Source: Thermoplasmata archaeon (lineage in GTDB: Archaea > Thermoplasmatota > Thermoplasmata > RBG-16-68-12 > JAFNFQ01). Taken from it: a stretch of 64,000 bases of DNA. Made by a program: the position numbers and the translations under genes. The DNA lies in contig JBGPQV010000007.1 of NCBI GenBank assembly GCA_041489255.1, positions 4,006 to 68,005 of the forward strand, written 5' to 3'. The notes under the pieces are model-generated. The model did not search any database. It was not told the origin of the DNA and saw only the letters and a program-made list of their open reading frames with translations. Of the stretch, positions 9,215 to 18,422 are shown in pieces (the first letter of the stretch is position 1; each line of letters starts with the position of its first letter).

Positions 9215-9687
9215 TTCGCGACCCCTTTCCTCAGGGGGCTCGGCCCGAGCCTCCTCACCTTCTCTGTCATGTCCGCGATCATCTCGGCGAACTTGCTTGC
9301 CATGGCGGACGAGAGGTTGTACATCTCGACCCGCTCAGGCTCGATGCCGACCTCCTCAAGCAGCTTCTTTGCGGCGGCGACCCTCTTCTTCGCCCTGAAG
9401 TTGCCGTTCATGAAGTGACAGTCGCCATCGAGGCAGCCCATGACCATGACGCCGTCCGCGCCGTCCTCGATTGCCCTGAGCAGGTAGAGTATCTCGATCT
9501 TCCCGGAGCACGGGAGCCTGATGACCCTCGCGTTCGGCGGGTAGTTCAGCCTCATCGAGCCCGCAAGGTCCGCGGCGGCGTATGCGCAGAAGTTGCAGCA
9601 GAAAGCGACTATCCTCGGCTGGAACGACGCGTTCGCCTCAATCCCCTTCTTCACCGCCGCCACCGCCTCAGCCGCCATTCGTCGCAC
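9211..9687 (-). CDS. mvhD: MvhD-like (methyl-viologen-reducing hydrogenase delta subunit) [2Fe-2S] protein
   Basis: IVAFCCNFCAYAAADLAG...RLPCSGKIE...MGCLDGDCHF motifs typical of MvhD. Confidence 0.85.
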   Translation of the reverse strand: MRRMAAEAVAAVKKGIEANASFQPRIVAFCCNFCAYAAADLAGSMRLNYPPNARVIRLPCSGKIEILYLLRAIEDGADGVMVMGCLDGDCHFMNGNFRAKKRVAAAKKLLEEVGIEPERVEMYNLSSAMASKFAEMIADMTEKVRRLGPSPLRKGVAK

Positions 9688-12600
9688 CTCCGATGAGGGC
9701 GTCCACCATCGGGATTATTTGATCGTCCTCGTAGCTCTTCAGCACTATCGCCTTGGCGGGACACTCCGCCGTGCATATGCCGCACCCGCGACACTTCGCC
9801 ATGTTCACTTCGGCGAGACCCTCCTTGTCGATAAATATGGCGTCGTATGGGCATATTCTCAGGCATGTCATGCAGCTGGAGCATTTCTCGGGCAGGACAT
9901 GCGCCACCACGCCTCCGACCTCGATGAACTCGCGCGAGATGATCGCCATGCCCCTCGCGGCCGCCGCACATCCCTGGGCAACAGAGTCGCCCACGTCCCT
10001 CGGGAACTGCGCACCGCCAGCGATGAATATCCCGCTGTTCGTCGCGTCCACTGGCGCGAGCTTCACGTGTGCTTCCTGGATGAAACCCTCGGGCGAGGAG
10101 CTGATCCTCAGGGCCCTCGTGAGCTCCTCGGAACCCCGGGAGGGAATCCCGCCGACGGACAATATGAGGAGGTCGAGCGTGAGATCGAGAGTCGACCTCA
10201 TGAGCGGGTCCTTGACGACGATTCTCGGCTTTTCGGCTATCGAAACTTTCGGCATCTCATCGAATGAATAGGCCACGAACCTGACGCCGAGGTTCTGAAC
10301 CTCCTCATAGAGCAGTTCCTGCGTCCAGGTCGTCCGCATGCTCTCATAGAGGACGTACACGTTCGCCTTCGGATATCTCCGCTTCAGCTCCCGCGCGGAT
10401 TTCAGGCCGCTCGCGCAGCAGAACCGCGAGCAGTAGCCGTTGCGGCCCCACCTCATGTCCGCGCACAGGAGGACGGCGATGTTCTTCGGATCCGCGACAA
10501 AGCTGTCCAGCTTTCCTCTCGTCGGCCCGGTCTTGGAGATGAGCCTCTCCAGTTCGGCGGTGGTCAGCACGGCCTTCGACTTCCTGTGGCCCCAGCGTTT
10601 CAGCTCTTCCCTGTCCCCCGCCTCGAACCCCGTCGCCACGACGATTGCGCCGAACTCAAGTTCGAAGTCCTTGGAGCTCAGGTCGATCGCGCCCGGCTTG
10701 CAGACCTTGACGCACTCTCCGCACTTCGTGCACGCCTCCGCGTCGATGTAGTACCTTGGCGGGTAGGTATCCTTCCTGTAGATTGCCCTCCTCGAGAACA
10801 GCCCCTCCTCGAATTCGTCCGGCACCTTGACCGGGCAGACCTTCGCGCACTCGCCGCAAAGGCTGCATTTATCGGAGACGAACTCGTTCGAAGTGGCGGT
10901 AAGTGTGAAATTGCCGACGTACCCCCCGACATCGTCGATCGTCGTCGACGTGTGCAGATGGAACTTGTCAGACTCTGAGAGTTCGCGGGTAATCTCGGAT
11001 ATCAGCTCCCCGCCAGGAATCTCCTGGGGATAGACCGCGCTGAACTTCGCGACATTCCCGCCCACGTATGGTCTCCTCTCGATGAGGTGCGTCTCGAACC
11101 CGTTCGAGACGAACTCCCTTGCCGCGGACAGCCCGGCGATGCCGCCGCCGATCACCACCGCCCTCGGCACGACGCCGACAGTCGTCACGTCGAGCGCCGA
11201 GAGGTTCGCCGCCCTCGCCGCTGACATCATGACTAGGTCCTTCGCCTTCGACAGTGCGGCGGGCCCATCAGGGTGGACCCATGAGCACTGGTTCCTGATG
11301 TTCGCCATGTCGAGGAGGAACGGGTTCAGCCCCGCCTCCCGCAGCGCCTCCTGGAAAGTCGCCTCGTGAGTTCTTGGGGTGCAGGCCGCCACGACGACCC
11401 TCGTCAGCCCCTTCTCCCTGATGTTCTTCACCATGTTCTTCTGCCCCTCCTCGGAGCAGGAGAACATGTTCTCCTCGACGTAGACGACGCCTGGCAGCTC
11501 CTTTGAATACTCCAGGAGCTCTTTGATGTCGACCACGGAAGCGATGTTCTTGCCGCAGTGACAGATGAAGATCCCCGTGCGTATCTCGTCTGTGGACAGC
11601 GCGGGATAGATTGGCGGCTCCGGGAACGACCTGTCCCCTTCCGTCTCCCCCGCCGCCCTCGCGGCCGCGCCGATGCCGCGGTAGGTCGAGTCGGTGATGT
11701 CCATCGGGCCGGCCACCATGCCCGCCAGATAGAGCCCGCCGCCAGTGCTGTCAAGCGGACCGCCGCTCGCGCGCGGCGCCTTCAGGAAGCCCCACTTGTC
11801 CGTCTCCAGGCCGAGCATCCTCGCGAGTTCACCCGTGTCGTCCCTCGGTACGAGCGCGACGTTGAGCACGACCATGTCGAACGTCTTCGCCTTGATCTTC
11901 CCCTCGTTGGTGTCCTCGTAGGTGACAGTCAGGCTCCCGTCGTCGTTCTCCGCGATCTCGGCGGGCCTGCCCCTGATGAACTCCGCGACCTTGTCCTCGT
12001 ACCTTATCCTCCTGTAGAACTCCTCGTAGCCCTTCCCCGGGGCCCTGATGTCTATGTAGAAGATCGTGACCTCGGTGGACGGGTCGTGCTCCTTGACGAG
12101 CAGCGCGTCCTTCATCCCGTACATGCAGCATACCTTCGAGCAGTACTCCTGCCCGGACTTGTGGTCCCGCGAGCCCACGCAGTTGATGAACGCGACGCGC
12201 TTGGGTTCCTCCATATCCGACATGCGCACGAGGCGCCCCCGAGTCGGTCCGGCGGCGTTGATGAGCCTCTCCAGCTCCATCGTCGTCACGACGTTCGGAT
12301 ACTTCCTGTAGCCGAACTCCTCGAGGGCGGTCGGGTCGAACGTCGTCGCCCCCGTGGCCACAACTATCGCGCCGACCTCGAGACGGACGGTCTCATCCGT
12401 CATCGAGAAGTCCACGCTCTTCGCGCCGCACGCTTCCGAGCACCTCTCGCACGCGATGAGATGCCCCTTGTTCAGGCACAGGTCCTTGTCGATCACGTAT
12501 GCCTGCGGCACGGCCTGCGGGAACGGCTGGTAGATTGCTTTCCTCGTCGAAAGCCCCAGGTCGAACTCGTTCGGGGCGGCGACCGGGCACGCCTTTGTGC

Positions 12601-12927
12601 AGTCGCCGCAGGCGGTGCAGTCGTCCCTGACCATACGGGCTTTCTGGAGTACTTCGACGGTGAAGTTGCCGGCTTCGCCCGAGACGCGCTTGACCTCCGC
12701 GTTGGTCATTATCGTGACCATGGGGTGCCGGGCCACCTCGAGCATCCTCGGTGCGAGTATGCACATCGAGCAGTCCATGGTGGGGAAGGTCTTGTCGAGG
12801 CGGGGCATGTTGCCGCCGATGCTCGGGCTTTTCTCGACGACGGTGACATGCACGCCCTGGTTCGCGATGTTGATGGCGGCCTGCATGCCGGCGATCCCGC
12901 CGCCAATTACAATCGCCCCGCGGGTCA
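9668..12927 (-). CDS. hdrA: heterodisulfide reductase subunit A, tandem-duplicated (two FAD/CCxxC modules, ~1086 aa)
   Basis: two GxGxxG FAD sites (AIVIGGGIAGMQAA; AVVIGGGIAGLSAA), two HdrA Cys clusters (EYCSKVCCMYGMKD; GYCSRFCCASGLKS), several 4Fe-4S ferredoxin motifs; ORF-track N-terminal 139 aa is out-of-frame overlap with hdrB, true ATG at 12927. Confidence 0.85.
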
Positions 12928-13746
12928 TTTCCTTCCTCCCGCCAGGGCGGCCATGATCGGACGGGTTGACACCACGTTCATGTCGAGCGCCGCCTCGGCT
13001 CCGAGCCCGAAGGCGAGCGCCATCAGCTGAGTGAAATAGACCACGGGAATCTGACCGTCCTTTCGGCCAGCCAAGGCTTCTTTCTGGTAGAGGTCGAGCA
13101 TCATCCCGCACATCGGGCAGAGAGTCACGACCGCGTGAGCGTCCGTCGCCTTGGCGGTTTTGAGGATCATCCCGCCCATCTCCACCGCCCGCGAGTGCTT
13201 CGAGAGCGTTATCGGCCCGCCGCAGCACTTCATCTTGGCGGCGAACCTGACCGGCTCCCCGCCGAGCGCCCTCGTCAGCTCGTCGAGCTTCTTCGGGTCC
13301 TCCGCGCTGTCGAACGTGGGGTCGACGCGCGTCAGGAGACACCCGTAGTACGAGGCGACCTTGAGCCCCTTGAGCGGCGCACTCACCTTTTCCCTCACCG
13401 CCGCCAGCCCGACGTCATCGTACACGAGCTGAAACAGGTGCTGCACCTTCGGCGGCCTCGCATTCTGCTTCGCGAGGTGCTCCTCCGCGCCCTTGAGGTT
13501 CTTGAAGCACGCGGAGCAGGGCGTGACGAGCGATCCTCCTTTCACCATCCCGAGGTTCCTTGTCCCGAGGCCGAGGGAGATGTCGTAGCTGTAGGAAGCG
13601 GTCGGCGTGGCCCCGCAGCAGACCCAGTCGGGCATCTCCTCGAGGAGAACGCCGAGGGCCTTGCAGACCGCGATCGCGGAGTCGCCGTATTCCACGGCGG
13701 TGGAGTGGACCGAGCAGCCGGGGAAGTAGGGGTAGGACCTCGCCAG
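12925..13746 (-). CDS. hdrB: heterodisulfide reductase subunit B (CCG domains); start apparently non-canonical (CTG) or upstream of first GTG
   Basis: two CCG-type Cys motifs; conserved N-terminal SYPYFPGCS is encoded upstream of first GTG (13695) with AGGAGG 9 nt before an in-frame CTG (13746). Confidence 0.75.
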   Translation of the reverse strand: MARSYPYFPGCSVHSTAVEYGDSAIAVCKALGVLLEEMPDWVCCGATPTASYSYDISLGLGTRNLGMVKGGSLVTPCSACFKNLKGAEEHLAKQNARPPKVQHLFQLVYDDVGLAAVREKVSAPLKGLKVASYYGCLLTRVDPTFDSAEDPKKLDELTRALGGEPVRFAAKMKCCGGPITLSKHSRAVEMGGMILKTAKATDAHAVVTLCPMCGMMLDLYQKEALAGRKDGQIPVVYFTQLMALAFGLGAEAALDMNVVSTRPIMAALAGGRK

Positions 13747-13747
13747 C

Positions 13748-14311
13748 TCAACCGCCCTCCTTGAACTTCTTCTTCAGGTCATTCAGGTCCGTCATGCTCT
13801 TGGCGGGCAGACCGAGCTTGCCGTGCTTGAACAGGGAGAGGGCGGCGCCTCGCATGGACAGCAACGAGAGCGGCGAGGTGCGCATGGCGTAGCGGATCAT
13901 CATCTCGGGCTCGTAGACCCGCCCCCTCTTGAGCACGTTCCTGACGAACTCCTCCGCCGAGGCCCTGTCCTCGAGATCCGCGATGCCGGCGGCTATGGAC
14001 ATGTTGCGCAGCTTCATCATCAGGTCCGCGACGGGGATTCCCTTGGGGCATCTCGTCGTGCATGCGAGGCAGTTCGTGCATAGGAAGATCATCTTCGACT
14101 TCAGCGCCGCCTCGATGTCTCCTCGGGCGACGAGGTTCACGATCATCCGGGGAGTGTAGTCCGCGAGGGGCGCGACACCGCAGGAACCCGAGCAGGTGCC
14201 GCACTGCATGCATCTCCTGAGCAGCTTCAGGTCCTTGAAAGCGAGAAGTCTCGACTCCCACGCAGAGTCACGAGATGCCTGTGCGCTGACCTGCTTGGCG
14301 AACTCGGCCAT
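13748..14311 (-). CDS. hdrC: heterodisulfide reductase subunit C (2x[4Fe-4S])
   Basis: CMQCGTCSGSC and CTNCLACTTRC ferredoxin motifs; ATG at 14311; ORF-track upstream extension overlaps tRNA region and is not coding. Confidence 0.8.
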   Translation of the reverse strand: MAEFAKQVSAQASRDSAWESRLLAFKDLKLLRRCMQCGTCSGSCGVAPLADYTPRMIVNLVARGDIEAALKSKMIFLCTNCLACTTRCPKGIPVADLMMKLRNMSIAAGIADLEDRASAEEFVRNVLKRGRVYEPEMMIRYAMRTSPLSLLSMRGAALSLFKHGKLGLPAKSMTDLNDLKKKFKEGG

Positions 14312-14484
14312 GGTGCAACCTGCTTCGCTGTCTCGAATGTCCAGAACTAGTGAGTCCTGAGACAGTGGTGCGAAATGGGTGATGGCTATTAAGCGATTCC
14401 GAATTACCGAAGGTATCCATCCATACGGAGCGGAGAACGCCGCGGGGCATGTCGGGGCCGTCGCTGAAGGGCGGCGGGAATGCG

Positions 14485-14491
14485 TTATATA
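14485..14491 (+). promoter_or_regulatory. archaeal TATA box for tRNA-Gln
   Basis: TTATATA centred ~26 nt upstream of tRNA 5' end. Confidence 0.55.
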
Positions 14492-14513
14492 GAGCCTGAG
14501 GTTCTTTGGACGC

Positions 14514-14586
14514 AGCCCCGTGGTGTAGTGGCCTAGCATACGGGCCTTTGGAGCCTGTGACGGCAGTTCAAATCTGCCCGGGGCTG
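14514..14586 (+). tRNA. tRNA-Gln (anticodon UUG)
   Basis: hand-folded cloverleaf: acceptor AGCCCCG/CGGGGCU, anticodon stem CGGGC/GCCUG with loop CU-UUG-GA, T-arm GGCAG-UUCAAAU-CUGCC, discriminator G. Confidence 0.8.
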
Positions 14587-14695
14587 TTTCTAGGGGTCGA
14601 TCCATCGCGCCTTTCTGGCTGTCAGGTACGCCATCGCGACGGCGAAAAGGATGGATATCGTGAGAGAACGACGACGGGCGCGCAGTTCGGCTGAA

Positions 14696-14887
14696 CTATT
14701 CTTCAGCCCTTCTTGCCCATTTCGCAGCCATGACGAGCAGCACTATCCAGATTATCGAGGCAGGGTAGATGAAAATGAGCTGCTCCGGAGATGTGAAGAG
14801 GCTTATCAGCGCGATCGAGACCAAGGTCACGATGAAACCGATTGCCACTCCATACAGCACCGCACCCCTGTGGAACTTGATGCGCAT
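14696..14887 (-). CDS. small two-TM membrane protein
   Basis: immediately downstream of nitroreductase gene; hydrophobic segments AVLYGVAIGFIVTLVSIALISLF and IYPASIIWIVLLVMAA. Confidence 0.4.
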   Translation of the reverse strand: MRIKFHRGAVLYGVAIGFIVTLVSIALISLFTSPEQLIFIYPASIIWIVLLVMAAKWARRAEE

Positions 14888-14890
14888 CAA

Positions 14891-15409
14891 TCACCACTCT
14901 TCGAGGTGGATGAATTCCTCCAGGCGGAGGTGCATGCGTGGTTCCGGATGTTCAGCGGGATAACCGATAGGGAGGATTGCGACGGGTCTCGCATGGGCCG
15001 GGAGTCCGAGGACCCGCCTAGCCTTCTTCTCGTCGAACGAGCCCACCCACACCGTGCCAAGCCCCCTCTCGTGCAGCGCGAGCATGAGGTTCTGGACGGC
15101 CGCCGCTGAATCCTGGACGGCGTACAGCTCCTTCCCCCTGTCGCCGTATTCCGCCACGCGCTCGAGGTTTGCGATCGCGACGATGACCGCCGGCGCCTGC
15201 GCGATGAACTCCTGGCCGAGCGCGGTGACGACAAGGTCGTCCTTTGTCTGCTGGTTCCTTATGACGATGAAGTCCCTCGACTGGAGGTTCCCGGCAGAAG
15301 GCGCCCAGCTCGCGAGCTCCAGAGACTCGTCGATCAGTATCTGAGGGACATCCTTCGATGTGTAGGACCTGATGCTCCGCCTGCTCCGAATCGCTGTGTC
15401 GAGTTCCAT
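14891..15409 (-). CDS. nitroreductase-family flavoprotein
   Basis: RRSIRSY...NLQSRDFIVI...GLGTVWVG motifs of NADH nitroreductase fold; ATG at 15409. Confidence 0.75.
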   Translation of the reverse strand: MELDTAIRSRRSIRSYTSKDVPQILIDESLELASWAPSAGNLQSRDFIVIRNQQTKDDLVVTALGQEFIAQAPAVIVAIANLERVAEYGDRGKELYAVQDSAAAVQNLMLALHERGLGTVWVGSFDEKKARRVLGLPAHARPVAILPIGYPAEHPEPRMHLRLEEFIHLEEW

Positions 15410-15435
15410 GGGATGCCTTCCGTTCCGGCAGACGG

Positions 15436-16095
15436 TCACACCGGCTTTAAGAGTTGCGGAAGCCCCGTCCAGCCGCGCTCATATGAGCGCTTCATCTCAG
15501 CTTCGAAGCGGAAGCGCTCCTGCTTGCGCTTGACGAATACCCAGGCCTCTCGGAGCTCCCCCGGGCTCGGCCCATCGTATCGTTCCGTCTTCACCTTGAT
15601 GACCTTGTCTCCGATGAAGGTCATCGAACAGTTGAAGGAAGGGAGCGGCGTGATATGGTCGTACCCTGTGGTGGTGAAGTGAGAACCGTGGTAACGGTAG
15701 GTATGGACTTCTGTTTTTCCGAAGTCCTCGAGCTTCGGGGGAGGGAGTATCTCGAACACAACGCTCGCGAGATTGTTCCAGATGATAGTTTTCCTGAACA
15801 GCGTTCGCCGGTAGCTCACTCCGGTGCTGTCGAGCTGGAACCGCATCGGCCACCAGCCCACGAAGGCGACGACGAGAATACATGCGACCAGCAGCAGAGC
15901 CACGGGGACGGCACCTTCCAGGGGAATATAGACGAGAACGATGAACAGAGCGACGGTGATCATGATCATCGCGAGGAACGTGTGCCAAACGGGCGTGCGC
16001 AGCATGTCGATCCTGTTCATATCTGGGCCAGCGCGCATCACCTCTTCAGTACCGGACACGCCGTAAACCTCTGCATATGATGCAACGATACGCAC
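15436..16095 (-). CDS. hypothetical membrane protein (2 N-terminal TM + soluble domain)
   Basis: TM segments FLAMIMITVALFIVLVYI / VALLLVACILVVAFVGWW; no recognisable catalytic motif. Confidence 0.45.
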   Translation of the reverse strand: MRIVASYAEVYGVSGTEEVMRAGPDMNRIDMLRTPVWHTFLAMIMITVALFIVLVYIPLEGAVPVALLLVACILVVAFVGWWPMRFQLDSTGVSYRRTLFRKTIIWNNLASVVFEILPPPKLEDFGKTEVHTYRYHGSHFTTTGYDHITPLPSFNCSMTFIGDKVIKVKTERYDGPSPGELREAWVFVKRKQERFRFEAEMKRSYERGWTGLPQLLKPV

Positions 16096-16126
16096 CTTAA
16101 TAGTTCCTCAGGCAATCCGCCCCAGC

Positions 16127-16417
16127 GTGGAAGTCCGCTGCCGTCTCGAGCTCAACTACGCAGATCCGCAAGAAGCCGAGAACGTTCTGAAGGCCGTCGC
16201 GGTCGACAACGAGGGCTTCGTCGCTGCAAGGAGAGAAGGAAGTTCGATAATCTCGGAAATCTCTTCCGGGAACATCCTGAGCCTCGTCCAGACGATCGAG
16301 GACTACCTCGCGTGCGTATCAATCGCTGAGAAGACGATCAAGGCGGCGGGGGAACGCCCTCGCGCACGTGAACCGCCACGCCCTTCTCGAAAGCGAGCAT
16401 CTCGCCGCGGGTCATGA
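16127..16417 (+). CDS. pcc1: KEOPS complex subunit Pcc1-like
   Basis: ~80-aa core RLELNYADPQEAENVLKAV...ILSLVQTIEDYLACVSIAEKTI resembles archaeal Pcc1; 3' tail overlaps tgtA on opposite strand. Confidence 0.45.
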   Translation: MEVRCRLELNYADPQEAENVLKAVAVDNEGFVAARREGSSIISEISSGNILSLVQTIEDYLACVSIAEKTIKAAGERPRAREPPRPSRKRASRRGS

Positions 16418-18275
16418 AGAGCCTGCCCACCGCCGCGAGCTCGTCCTTCTGGTCGACGACTAAGCACTCATCGCCCGGTCTGAGCTCCGAGTCGCAGTCG
16501 AGGACGAACTTCGCGAACACGTTCTTGCCCTGGCGGTTGAACTCCGCCGTTTCCGTCTCGACGACGACGCGCAGCGCGGGTGCGGGGAACGCGCGATGCA
16601 GCAGCCTGCCGCCATCGACCTTAAGGGAGAACATGCCATCGTGAGCCCTCATGGAGAGGATGTGCTTCCCGTCACGGATCACGTTCCTGATTCGGTCGGT
16701 GTTCGGGGATTTGACGAACTCGATCTTCCCGCCAAGGAGCGCGTCGGCTGAACCCCGCCCGAACTGGACATCCGCAACAGCCCTGACGCGCATCATGTCC
16801 CAGTCCGGTTTACCGCCATCGCCCGCCTTCGGGAGCTGATTCAATGTGTCCGGCCCCGACCACGTGAAACCTTGCGTGTATCCATGAGCCCTGACGTACT
16901 GCTGCGCGAAGACCTCGGACGCTTCGAGAGCCTCGATGTCAAGCTCCTCCGGCACAATCGACTGGGAGAAGGGATAGAGCTCGTCGAGCTCGATCGGGAC
17001 GGGCCCCAGTGCAGACTTCACGATCATGTGGGCGCCGCAGCGGTGGCTGATCGCCTCGATCTCCCACTCCCGCCGGCGAGCGTACGGCTTCGGACCCTCG
17101 GGGAATATCACCAGGGTGGCCTTGCTTGGCGGGGAGTAGCGCGTCTGCAACAGCTTCCTGAGCCTCTGGAGTCCGGGGCGGTGCACCGATTCCGGTCCTA
17201 CGTACAGGAACGCGCTCGGCCGGCTGGCGGGCTCGAATTCCTGGAGGAAATCGACGTGGAGCCTCAGCTCCCGCAGAGCATCGAGGAGAGTCGGATGGCT
17301 CCTGCATCTTCTCTCCACCAATTCCCAAAGTTCACCGGTCTTGATCGCGTTGCGAACTGTCTTCAACTCGCTGAAGCTCGCGAAAAGATTGTGGCGGGCG
17401 AGCAACTTGACGTCTTGGCGAAAATCCTCGACACTGTGAGTCGAGCAGGCGGGGCAGTCGCAGGGCAGCGACTCCATCTCCTCCAGGTGGCGGGTGCCGT
17501 CGGCGAACATCATCCTTCCCGCCCTCGCGTACTTGTCGTAGGATGACGAATCGAACAGGTCGCAGCCGAGGAGCACCGCGAGAGCGAAGATCATCGGGTG
17601 TCCGGCTCCGAAGAGGTGCACGGGCCTCTCCGGTCCAAGCCCTCGTTTCGCGGCGATGATGACCCTCACGAGGTCACGGAACCGGTAGGACTCCATCAGG
17701 GGCACCACGCCGCCGATCGCATGAATCGCGACATCGATGCGCGAAAGTTCGCGAGCGCATTTCTCCCTCAGGTCGGGGAAAACCCCGCCTTGGACCGCCC
17801 CGATGAGGTTCATCTCCCCCCGGAGACCCGCCGCTTCCCGAGCCCGGTCAAGCGTCTCTCCCATGTCGGCCTCGACGCGGTAACGGTTGTGCTCGGGCTC
17901 CGAGAAGATGTCGAGGACCGCGCCGAAGTCGGAGCCGATGTCCCGCTGGAACGTCACTATCTCCTGGTTCGTCACGTCCGCCCCACCATAGACATGTGAC
18001 TGGAAAGCGCCCGAATCGGTCATGACGGGCCCGTCGAAGTCGATGAGGCCGTGCAGACCATGCTCGAGCGCCCGCTGCCTGGATTCGGACCGCCAGATCG
18101 TGTATGAGTTCGTCATCACAATCTCCGCGCCGAACCTGTCCTTCATCTCCCTGGCGGTGATGTCCTGGGCGATGGGGTGCAGGACCGGCGCGAGGTTCGG
18201 AGTTGTGACCTTGCCCCGCTTCGTCTCAATCGTCCCGAGGCGGGCGAGGCCATCCCTGTCCCTGAGCTCGAACAC
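16338..18275 (-). CDS. tgtA: archaeosine tRNA-guanine transglycosylase (with C-terminal PUA domain)
   Basis: 645 aa; TIM-barrel TGT motifs (MTNSYTIW, LHGLIDFDGPVMTDSGAFQ), Zn site CDCPAC, C-terminal PUA-like region. Confidence 0.9.
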   Translation of the reverse strand: MFELRDRDGLARLGTIETKRGKVTTPNLAPVLHPIAQDITAREMKDRFGAEIVMTNSYTIWRSESRQRALEHGLHGLIDFDGPVMTDSGAFQSHVYGGADVTNQEIVTFQRDIGSDFGAVLDIFSEPEHNRYRVEADMGETLDRAREAAGLRGEMNLIGAVQGGVFPDLREKCARELSRIDVAIHAIGGVVPLMESYRFRDLVRVIIAAKRGLGPERPVHLFGAGHPMIFALAVLLGCDLFDSSSYDKYARAGRMMFADGTRHLEEMESLPCDCPACSTHSVEDFRQDVKLLARHNLFASFSELKTVRNAIKTGELWELVERRCRSHPTLLDALRELRLHVDFLQEFEPASRPSAFLYVGPESVHRPGLQRLRKLLQTRYSPPSKATLVIFPEGPKPYARRREWEIEAISHRCGAHMIVKSALGPVPIELDELYPFSQSIVPEELDIEALEASEVFAQQYVRAHGYTQGFTWSGPDTLNQLPKAGDGGKPDWDMMRVRAVADVQFGRGSADALLGGKIEFVKSPNTDRIRNVIRDGKHILSMRAHDGMFSLKVDGGRLLHRAFPAPALRVVVETETAEFNRQGKNVFAKFVLDCDSELRPGDECLVVDQKDELAAVGRLFMTRGEMLAFEKGVAVHVREGVPPPP

Positions 18276-18422
18276 GATGACCGTATCGGCACTCGCTCTT
18301 TACGCTTTGTTGCTGGACGGACATGTCATTCGTACCTTCGCTACTTATTTATATCAAACAAGGGCCTGAGATGTCGCAGACGCGAGCATCGGATGTGAGC
18401 GATCCGGTGCGACACCCCTCTA

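Noticed and set aside
11558-13030. 490-aa plus-strand ORF
   Set aside because: It is antisense to hdrA/hdrB. The composition is Arg/Asp/Val-rich junk typical of shadow ORFs.
16127-16417. Overlap of Pcc1-like ORF with the tgtA 3' end as a frameshift or pseudogene
   Set aside because: An ~80-bp convergent overlap is plausible in compact archaeal genomes, and the Pcc1 tail may simply be shorter than the ORF track suggests.
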